A stretch of DNA of 64,000 nucleotides from Sedimentisphaerales bacterium (GCA_963666285.1 OY762711.1); one strand, 5' to 3'. Counted from the stretch's first letter, positions 42,832 to 49,878 are shown. Numbers and translations: made by a program. Notes: a model not told the origin generated them from the letters alone.

Positions 42832-42905
42832 TAGCTCCGATTGGATTCGAACCAATACGATACGAATTTTAAATTCGCTGCCTCTGCCGGTTGGGCTACG
42901 GAGCC
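42832..42905 (-). tRNA. tRNA-Leu (TAA) with short variable loop
   Basis: GGCTCCG/CGGAGCT, GCGAA-TTTAAAA-TTCGT, 5-nt variable region, GGTTCGAATCC. Confidence 0.8.
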
Positions 42906-42909
42906 GTAA

Positions 42910-42985
42910 TGGGGTGACCGACGAGACTCGAACTCGTAGTCCCCAGAATCACAATCTGGTGCTTTTTCCTTTAAGCTACGGCCAC
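42910..42985 (-). tRNA. tRNA-His (GTG), CCA encoded
   Basis: GTGGCCG/CGGTCAC-C-CCA, CCAGA-TTGTGAT-TCTGG, GAGTTCGAGTCTC. Confidence 0.88.
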
Positions 42986-42987
42986 AA

Positions 42988-43062
42988 TCTGGGCGGCTGG
43001 ATTTGAACCAGCGACTTCTTGCTTCCAAAACAAGCAGGCTAACCTGACTGCCCCACACCCAG
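42988..43062 (-). tRNA. tRNA-Pro (TGG)
   Basis: CTGGGTG/CGCCCAG-A, CTTGT-TTTGGAA-GCAAG, GGTTCAAATCC. Confidence 0.88.
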
Positions 43063-43140
43063 CGATATTATGTAATCCTTCTCAAGGGCAGACCAGGCAA
43101 CCTTAACCCTGGCCCGCCCCATCCTGATTTGTAACGGTGA

Positions 43141-43213
43141 TTGGGCGAGGTGGACTCGAACCACCGTCTGAACCTTATGAAAGTACTGCTAAAACCACCT
43201 CAGCTACCGCCCA
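43141..43213 (-). tRNA. tRNA with CAT anticodon (Met or Ile2), weak anticodon stem
   Basis: TGGGCGG/TCGCCCA, GTACT-TTCATAA-GGTTC (one T-T mismatch), GGTTCGAGTCC. Confidence 0.75.
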
Positions 43214-43254
43214 GTAAATTAACAAAACAATAATACATTGCAACTTCATTTCAA

Positions 43255-43328
43255 TAGCTCTGGTTGGATTCGAACCTACACTGAACGGCTTCTAAGACCG
43301 TCGCCTCTACCTGTTGGGCTACAGAGCC
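43255..43328 (-). tRNA. tRNA-Leu (TAG) with short variable loop
   Basis: GGCTCTG/CAGAGCT, ACGGT-CTTAGAA-GCCGT, 5-nt variable region, GGTTCGAATCC. Confidence 0.8.
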
Positions 43329-43387
43329 ATATGTCTGGAGCAGATTGATAAACTTCATCAGTCCGCTCCAACATGCATCATTCCCTT

Positions 43388-44491
43388 CTATATCAAATTT
43401 ACTACCTTATCTGACAAACCCTTCTCACCGAGAACTACCTTCAGCTTGGAGTTAGTTGATATCTTCTCCAAAACTTCTAGCTCTCTCAGCCTCATCAATA
43501 TCGGGTTGCTCTCCAGCAGCTTGGCGGTGTTAGCCTGGGAACGCATCGCCGCGGTCTCTTCCCTGCGAACGATCAGGTTCGCTTCGGCTGCCTTCTTTGC
43601 CTCCGTTACCTTGTTCAAAAGAAACTTCATATCGCCCGGCAGTATCACATCTCGGATACCAAGCGAAGTCACCTTCAAACCAAACACCTCGGCACGCTCT
43701 GCCAGCTGGCCCTTCAGCTCTATTGCCAGCGAATCCTTATCTGCCAGCAGATCTTCAAGCTCACGACCGCCTACCAATGCCCGCAAAGCAAGCTGAGTCT
43801 CTCGATACAAAGACTGCTTCACATCTTCTGTAGCTCGCACCGCCTTCTCCGGGTTCTTGACAACATAAGACACTATCGCGTTCACCCTCAAAGTAACTTT
43901 GTCGGCTGACATTATCTCCTGGCCGGAAATATCAAGCGACATCTCGGACATATTCACCTGGAAGATCTTCACTCGCTCTATCCCCTTCCAGAAAACATAG
44001 CGACCGGCATCCAGCACCTCCGCATAACGACTGTTCTGGAACAAAACGCCAACGTGATCTTCGGCTACCGTTATTTCTTCCAGCAGCTCTCCGGCTCCCT
44101 TAGACTTCAATATGACATTCAGGTCAGGATGGTCAAACCTTACTTCACGGGCATCGATCACCTCTACCCGGACATTGCGATGTGTCGTCCAGATACCGTA
44201 CATACCGGCAGACATAACTTTGGCAAACCTGCCGTCTACCCATACCAGCGCCCGCTGATAATCCTGGATATCAAGTACTGTCGCATCCCTATCCAGCTCA
44301 CCTGACTTATATATCAAGTCCAGCTTATCGGTATGCAGCCACGGATCACGCATGTCTGACACCTGAACACGGTCTTTTACTAGCGGATTCAACATCCAGT
44401 GCGACCCGGCATCCAAAACTCCAACGAACTCATCGTTCCTGAAGTGCAATCCCTTCTCGTATGACTTTATCCTTACCTTCCTGACTGTCAT
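43388..44491 (-). CDS. Slipin (SPFH/band-7) family protein
   Basis: GQEIMSADKVTLR, QLALRALVG, IRDVILPG, RREETAAMRSQANTAKL..NPILMRLRELE; RBS ggag. Confidence 0.9.
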   Translation of the reverse strand: MTVRKVRIKSYEKGLHFRNDEFVGVLDAGSHWMLNPLVKDRVQVSDMRDPWLHTDKLDLIYKSGELDRDATVLDIQDYQRALVWVDGRFAKVMSAGMYGIWTTHRNVRVEVIDAREVRFDHPDLNVILKSKGAGELLEEITVAEDHVGVLFQNSRYAEVLDAGRYVFWKGIERVKIFQVNMSEMSLDISGQEIMSADKVTLRVNAIVSYVVKNPEKAVRATEDVKQSLYRETQLALRALVGGRELEDLLADKDSLAIELKGQLAERAEVFGLKVTSLGIRDVILPGDMKFLLNKVTEAKKAAEANLIVRREETAAMRSQANTAKLLESNPILMRLRELEVLEKISTNSKLKVVLGEKGLSDKVVNLI

Positions 44492-44732
44492 TTTATCATC
44501 TCCAATCTTAAAACCTGTTTAATCAGGCATATCAAAATTTCCTTTCATCTCAAAAGACAAATTTACAATCCTATAACACTTTATTTCTCAAATGACTGAT
44601 TGGCCTCTTTATATTGTAATAACATGCTTTAAGACAACCTGTCATATTAAAAACTTAATTAGCTTGCCGTTCTGCGGCAATCCTCGCCTAATACCAAATA
44701 CCTAACAGCTAATACCATATTTACTTCTTAAA

Positions 44733-44805
44733 TACTCCAGAGCGGTTACGATCCGCTGTCTAGGGAATGAAAGTCCCTTATTCTTACCAACTGAACTACT
44801 GGAGC
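44733..44805 (-). tRNA. tRNA-Glu (TTC) with non-canonical T loop
   Basis: GCTCCAG/CTGGAGT, AGGGA-CTTTCAT-TCCCT, T arm AGCGG-ATCGTAA-CCGCT. Confidence 0.78.
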
Positions 44806-44831
44806 ACAATATTTCTGTCTTCAATATTTAA

Positions 44832-44994
44832 TTTACTCAAAGTGACCGATTTTACATTTTTTATTGCTGTAACACAATTCAATGCAAATTGTTACATTAA
44901 TGATTTAATTAGCCTGCCGCTTTGCGGCAAACCTTCCCTAATACCAAATAACTAATACCTAATACCTCTCAAACTGGCCATCGGTCAGTTTGAG
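44832..44994. repeat. Composite intergenic repeat (uninterrupted counterpart of 30246-32010)
   Basis: ttactcaaagtgaccgattt...ttgctgtaacacaat...gccgctttgcggca, then heptamers, then the CAAACTG palindrome. Confidence 0.7.
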
Positions 44995-45008
44995 TAATTT
45001 AAACTGAT

Positions 45009-45148
45009 TTCCGCGTCAGACTTAAAACATATCGCGAGCAAAGCAAATACCTTAACTATTAGTTAATAACTTCTTAGATTGCTGTAATAATCTAAGAATA
45101 AAGCTGTCAGGAAACGATTCAACTTTCCAGCCCGTCGATCACGCGGAA
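45009..45148 (-). ncRNA. Putative structured ncRNA, element E2
   Basis: Closing stem TTCCGCGT/ACGCGGAA, GATCGACGG, hairpins, AGGTATTTGCTTTGCTC shared with E1. Confidence 0.5.
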
Positions 45149-45208
45149 TATGCTTAAGTAAAACCTGACCATGTCAGGAAAACAGATTCCTGATTGCAGC
45201 ACCACTCA

Positions 45209-45280
45209 CTACCCCGTCAGGACTCGAACCTGAACAAACACAGTCAAAGTGTGTTATGCTGCCAATTACATCACGAAGTA
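45209..45280 (-). tRNA. tRNA-Gln (TTG)
   Basis: TACTTCG/CGGGGTA-G, ACACA-CTTTGAC-TGTGT, GGTTCGAGTCC. Confidence 0.85.
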
Positions 45281-45320
45281 ATCCGGCTAGTGCCACAATT
45301 TTATATATCCACATGTTTTC

Positions 45321-45703
45321 AACAAGCATGATCCAGATTATGCGGTATCCACATATTACATGGCGGTTTCCAATGGTGCTGATAAGTTAAGACATCACAA
45401 AACACTTATCAGCTGCCAGATCACTAAACCGTTTCCATCGAGCCTGCTTAGCCCGGATATTCCATAAATATTTTACATAAACCTATAAATTAGTTTGCCA
45501 ACATAGTTTTGCAGTAAATTAACCTGCTGCAAAAATTACACAGTGTATTCAGTGCGTATATTTTGTTTGCTGACAAGGAAGTTAGTACAAGTATCCGCAG
45601 GCATGTTGATTACATGTCGAGGACAACTTGTGCTAACTAACGCAGCTCAGCAGACAAAAGATGCGTGCTGATACAAAACATTTATGGAATATCCGGGCTT
45701 ATC
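45321..45703 (-). ncRNA. Putative structured ncRNA, element E3, interrupted by a MITE
   Basis: With the MITE removed: GATAAGCA/TGCTTGTT closing stem, GCTCGATGG, hairpins GCTGATAAGT..ACTTATCAGC and TATGTGG-ATA-CCGCATA. Confidence 0.4.
45451..45698. mobile_element. MITE (248 bp)
   Basis: Perfect 19-bp TIR GCCCGGATATTCCATAAAT; TTA duplicated at 45448-50 and 45699-701; no ORF. Confidence 0.85.
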
Positions 45704-45718
45704 GCCATTTCAGGGCGT

Positions 45719-45790
45719 AGGGTGGTGTGGGGATCGAACCCACTCTTAGAGTTTAAAAAACTCTCGCTCTACCAACTGAGCTAACCAGTT
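45719..45790 (-). tRNA. tRNA-Lys (TTT)-like, probable pseudo-tRNA
   Basis: Canonical D, anticodon and T arms; acceptor AACTGGT/ACCACCC pairs only 4 bp. Confidence 0.65.
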
Positions 45791-45793
45791 TGT

Positions 45794-45866
45794 TGATCGA
45801 TACGGGACTCGAACCCGTAATTACAGTTTCTTAAACTGTCGCATTTACCTTTTATGCTAATCGAAC
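45794..45866 (-). tRNA. tRNA-like gene with AAG anticodon (nominally Leu)
   Basis: GTTCGAT/ATCGATC, GCAT..ATGC D stem, ACAGT-TTAAGAA-ACTGT, GGTTCGAGTCC, followed by ACA. Confidence 0.65.
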
Positions 45867-45870
45867 CTTG

Positions 45871-45950
45871 TCCACCTTCGTTAAAACCCGTTCGCGGAAC
45901 ATACCGGCAAAACAGCAAAACCGTCACCGGCACGCCGCCGGCACGGCGGA
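45871..45950 (-). ncRNA. Putative structured leader RNA, element E4
   Basis: TCCGCC/GGTGGA closing stem, GTGCCGGCGG, long hairpin, GTTTTAA before the 3' strand. Confidence 0.4.
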
Positions 45951-45987
45951 AATCTCTTATCTATTATCAAAGAACAATCTCTTTATT

Positions 45988-46003
45988 AACAACCGCCGTG
46001 CCA
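45988..46003 (-). promoter_or_regulatory. Sigma54 (-24/-12) promoter of the rtc/tRNA unit
   Basis: TGGCAC-GGCGG-TTGTT (consensus TGGCAC-N5-TTGCW, one mismatch at -12), divergent from rtcR with an AT-rich upstream region. Confidence 0.7.
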
Positions 46004-46147
46004 AAACCGAAAATATTTTACTATATTTTTTTAATTCATTTAACAATAAGAACTTATAAAAATATATGATATCATTGACAAAATCAGGTACAAATTATAT
46101 ACTTATAAAATATTATAAACTTATAGATATAGATATATTATTTAACA

Positions 46148-47740
46148 ATGAAAAAAGTCATCATAGGCCTCTACGGCCCCACTCTCGACCGGGGTATCGA
46201 TGCCGATCGCTGGAACTTCTGGCGACCGAGCGTATCTCTATGCCAGCACGAAGACCTGCTCATCGATAGATACGAACTGATATTAGAAAAGAAATTTGAA
46301 AAGGTCGCCCAGACCGTTATCAACGACATACACACCATCTCCCCGGAAACTACCGTCGTCCCGCACCATATCCAGTGGAAAGACCCTTGGGACTTCCAGG
46401 AAGTTTACAACATTCTCCACGACTTCACCAGGAACTATAACTTCGACCCTGACAATGAAGAATATTACATCCATATCACCACCGGCACACACGTCGTTCA
46501 GATTTGCATGTTCCTGCTGACCGAATCTCTATACTTCCCCGGCAAACTCATCCAGTCCAGCCCCCCGAAACGAGAACGTTACGGCGACCTGGGCAGCTAC
46601 CAGGTAATAGACCTCGACCTCTCAAAATACGATGGCATCGCCATGCGATTCAAACAGCAGGTCAAAGATGATATCTCACTACTAAAATCAGGCATCCATA
46701 CCCGCAACAAAAAATTCAATAAACTCATCGAACGCATCGAACATGTAGCCTCACGCACGATCGACCCGATACTCATTACCGGCCCAACCGGTGCCGGTAA
46801 ATCTCAGCTTGCCAAACAGATATTTGAACTCAAAAAGACACACCGTAAACTCAAAGGCAATTTCGTCGAGGTCAATTGCGCCACCATTCGCGGCGACAGC
46901 GCCATGTCAGTCCTGTTCGGCCATACCAAAGGCGCCTTTACCGGCGCAGTACAAAGCAGAGACGGACTGCTCAAAACTGCCGACCAGGGCATATTATTCC
47001 TTGACGAAATCGGAGAACTCGGACTGGAAGAACAGGCAATGTTGCTCCGCGCTATCGAAGAAAAAAGCTTTCTACCTGTCGGTGCCGACAAGGAAGTCTC
47101 CAGCGACTTCCAGCTTATCTGCGGCACCAATAGAAACCTCCACGCCCACGTCAATAACGGCACATTCCGCGAAGACCTGCTCGCACGTATCAACCTGTGG
47201 ACTTTCAACCTGCCCGGACTCAAAGACAGACCGGAAGACATCGAGCCAAATATCCAGTACGAACTCGACCGCTACGAACGCACTACCGGCACACACATCA
47301 GGTTCAATACCGAAGCCCTCAAACACTTCCTGACTTTCAGTTCTTCAGCACAGGCGCAATGGAAATCAAACTTCCGCGACCTCATCGGTGCCATCACCCG
47401 CATGGCAACCCTCGCGCCCGGCGGTCGAATCGACCAGGACAACGTCGATGAAGAAATTCAGCGTCTGAAACATTCATGGCAGCCAAACGCTGGCGATAAT
47501 ACACCTTCAGCCCTTTCAGAAATACTCGACAGCGATCAAATCGAAATGATTGATGAATTCGACAAACCGCAGCTCAACCATGTCCTGAAAATCTGCTCTG
47601 AATCTAAAACACTTTCAGAAGCCGGACGAAAACTGTTCAATATATCACGCACCCAGAAACAGCGAACCAACGATGCCGACCGCTTGAGAAAATACCTCGC
47701 CAGGTTCAACATCACCTGGCATGACATCCATAACAAATAA
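46148..47740 (+). CDS. rtcR: RtcR sigma54-dependent RNA-repair activator
   Basis: WRPSVSLCQH, DPWDF, HITTGTHV (RtcR N-domain); GPTGAGKS, GAFTGA, FLDEIGE; NDADRLRKYL. Confidence 0.95.
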   Translation: MKKVIIGLYGPTLDRGIDADRWNFWRPSVSLCQHEDLLIDRYELILEKKFEKVAQTVINDIHTISPETTVVPHHIQWKDPWDFQEVYNILHDFTRNYNFDPDNEEYYIHITTGTHVVQICMFLLTESLYFPGKLIQSSPPKRERYGDLGSYQVIDLDLSKYDGIAMRFKQQVKDDISLLKSGIHTRNKKFNKLIERIEHVASRTIDPILITGPTGAGKSQLAKQIFELKKTHRKLKGNFVEVNCATIRGDSAMSVLFGHTKGAFTGAVQSRDGLLKTADQGILFLDEIGELGLEEQAMLLRAIEEKSFLPVGADKEVSSDFQLICGTNRNLHAHVNNGTFREDLLARINLWTFNLPGLKDRPEDIEPNIQYELDRYERTTGTHIRFNTEALKHFLTFSSSAQAQWKSNFRDLIGAITRMATLAPGGRIDQDNVDEEIQRLKHSWQPNAGDNTPSALSEILDSDQIEMIDEFDKPQLNHVLKICSESKTLSEAGRKLFNISRTQKQRTNDADRLRKYLARFNITWHDIHNK

Positions 47741-47775
47741 AAAAAACGATACCCTTTCCAGAGTACCGTTTTTTA
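47741..47775. terminator. Bidirectional terminator between rtcR and cysN
   Basis: aaaaaacgatac-cctttccaga-gtaccgtttttt. Confidence 0.55.
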
Positions 47776-47864
47776 ATCTATTCTCACTTCCCCGTCAGCT
47801 TTATAATATATGTTAGCCGTCAGGCGAAATTATCTACTTCTCACTTTATCCACAAAACTATGTT

Positions 47865-49106
47865 TTAGTGAATTACTCCTCCCGCTACAGTATCAGTATC
47901 ACGCATCAGAACAAAACGACCTGTCTCGGCAACCTGTTCAAATTTATCTGTCGCGACATAACCATCCAGCTTCAGGGTCAGCCTGGCAACTTCAGTTTCA
48001 CGAAGCTCGTTAGATGATTCTTCGATCACTTCCAGCGATGAACTGTTCAGGCGGTTATCTATCCTCTTGACCTGGCACTGCATCTGGTTAGTTGCACACT
48101 TAAAGTCAAGCTTATCGTTCAACCTTACCGGCATACCAGACATCCAGAACACTACCGCCTCAATTGTACTGCTCACCATCGGTGACGGCTCAACATCACA
48201 TGCAATCTCACCTCGCTTCAATGCCTTAAACGCACTTTCACCTTTCAGCGTCAAACCAATAGACTCACCGGCAACTGCAACATCAAAATCTTCATTAAAG
48301 TTCTTCTTAATCTTATCAACCGTTGCCGACTTGCCGCACGGATGGAAAATAATATCCTGGCCCGACTTGATCGCACCGGAAACCAGACGGCCGGCGATAA
48401 TCTTCTGACCGTCTACCTCATAAATATCCTGGATCGGGAACCGCAGCATCCCATCTTCTGTTGTCTTGGCACATTCCAGCTTATCCAACGCTTCCAACAT
48501 AGTCATCCCGCTGAACCAGCTCATATTTTCGCCCTTCTTCGCTACGTTATCACCCAGCTGAGCAGAAATCGGGATTATCATCTCAGGCTTAACCGTCATA
48601 TTGAACTCGCCCAGCCTTGCGGTTATCTGATCGCGAAGCTCATTAAAACGCTCTTCCTTATAACCTGCCAGGTCCATCTTATTAACAATCACTATCAGCT
48701 GCTTAATGCCCAGCAGACCAAGTATATAAGCATGACGATGTGTCTGTTCACGCAAACCTTCCTCGGCATCGATCAGCAGCAATGCCGCTTCCGCCTGGGT
48801 ACTGCCTGTTATCATATTCTTCAAAAACTGTTTATGGCCGGGAGCATCAATAATCGTATAGTCACGCTTTTCAGTCTTAAAGAATGTCTGAGCCGTATCA
48901 ATTGTTATACGGTTTGTACGCTCTTCTTCCAGATGGTCCATCACAAACGCAAACTCAGGCTGGCCATTTGACTCTTCGCTCATCCTGCGAACTTCTTCCA
49001 TCTTATCCGGCGGCAAAGACTCCGTATCATACAACAGCCTTCCGATCATCGTGCTCTTTCCATGGTCAACATGACCAACAGCTACAAAATGAAGATTCTC
49101 ACGCAT
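47865..49106 (-). CDS. cysN: Sulfate adenylyltransferase subunit 1 (GTPase)
   Basis: GHVDHGKST, ITID, DAPGH, NKMD, EF-Tu-like domains II/III; linked to cysD. Confidence 0.88.
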   Translation of the reverse strand: MRENLHFVAVGHVDHGKSTMIGRLLYDTESLPPDKMEEVRRMSEESNGQPEFAFVMDHLEEERTNRITIDTAQTFFKTEKRDYTIIDAPGHKQFLKNMITGSTQAEAALLLIDAEEGLREQTHRHAYILGLLGIKQLIVIVNKMDLAGYKEERFNELRDQITARLGEFNMTVKPEMIIPISAQLGDNVAKKGENMSWFSGMTMLEALDKLECAKTTEDGMLRFPIQDIYEVDGQKIIAGRLVSGAIKSGQDIIFHPCGKSATVDKIKKNFNEDFDVAVAGESIGLTLKGESAFKALKRGEIACDVEPSPMVSSTIEAVVFWMSGMPVRLNDKLDFKCATNQMQCQVKRIDNRLNSSSLEVIEESSNELRETEVARLTLKLDGYVATDKFEQVAETGRFVLMRDTDTVAGGVIH

Positions 49107-49234
49107 TATATTACCTTTCTGAACTAATAATGTTTTTATTCTTTAAACTGCTCAAGCTACATTGAGAAGCAATATACAATAAAATATTAATAACAAGCTA
49201 TAACTCAACCTACAATCTTAGCATTGCTTATCTT

Positions 49235-49774
49235 TCACACTAAATCACTTCTCTCTTTACTTTTTGATATTAGCGAATTGAGCATTCTTTCAATTTCATT
49301 ACCTAAACTGTCAAGTTCTTCAAACTTATCCTTTGATACATATTCAAGCCGATTAACAATCTCAAGCTGTGTTTGAATTTCAAATAGCGAGCCAAGCGAC
49401 ATACGCAAAAACCTGGCAAACTCAACAGGGCTGTACCTTCCAAAACCCTCAGCTATATTGCTTGGTATAGATACAGCTGCCCTGCTCATTTGAGTTGAAA
49501 GTGAGTATTTTTCTTCTGCGGGAAACTCTTTTACTATAGCGTAAATAAGCATAGTAAAATCTATACTTTTTTGCCACACTACCAAGTCTCGATAACTCTT
49601 AAGGTGAGCTCTGGAAATTGCTTTTGATGCGATAGTTTAAGATTTTGGTTGCTGACAAGGAATATAAAATCGTGCATATTGGGCTATATTCACTGTTTTA
49701 TATGACGCATGTTAGCAGGCAAAAGAAAAACTAGTCGCTCAAAATGAATTTTCAGAGGTTGCCTTAATACTCAT
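49235..49774 (-). pseudogene. Four-helix-bundle protein (23S rRNA IVS/bAvd-like) disrupted near its start by a MITE
   Basis: Removing the MITE restores MSIKSYRDLVVWQKS...QMSRAAVSIPSNIAEG...GSLFE; the insert carries an in-frame TAA. TTG at 49585 could still start a shorter protein. Confidence 0.8.
49603..49763. mobile_element. MITE (161 bp)
   Basis: Imperfect TIR GGTGAGCTCTGGAAATT / AATTTTCAGAGGTTGCC; TTAA duplicated; second copy at 54714-54873. Confidence 0.85.
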
Positions 49775-49878
49775 ATTTACTCACTTTCTAATTTATGCGA
49801 AGCATAATTTAAACGCCTGATACCGAATGGCATCAAACCTCAGCTTGTATCTTATTACTTGTATCTTATTACTTTCTT

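Noticed and set aside
42657..43058. 133-aa minus-strand ORF
   Set aside because: It overlaps three tRNA genes and element E1; shadow ORF.
42832..43328. TAG- and TAA-anticodon tRNAs as nonsense suppressors for the amber codon at 36414
   Set aside because: Anticodons UAG and UAA read the Leu codons CUA and UUA. Suppressors need CUA or UUA anticodons, and none is present.
43331..43374. Hammerhead ribozyme (CTGATGA on the minus strand)
   Set aside because: No GAAA core or three-way junction; it is a simple hairpin.
49235..49585. Diversity-generating retroelement (bAvd-like gene)
   Set aside because: No reverse transcriptase and no TR/VR pair seen.
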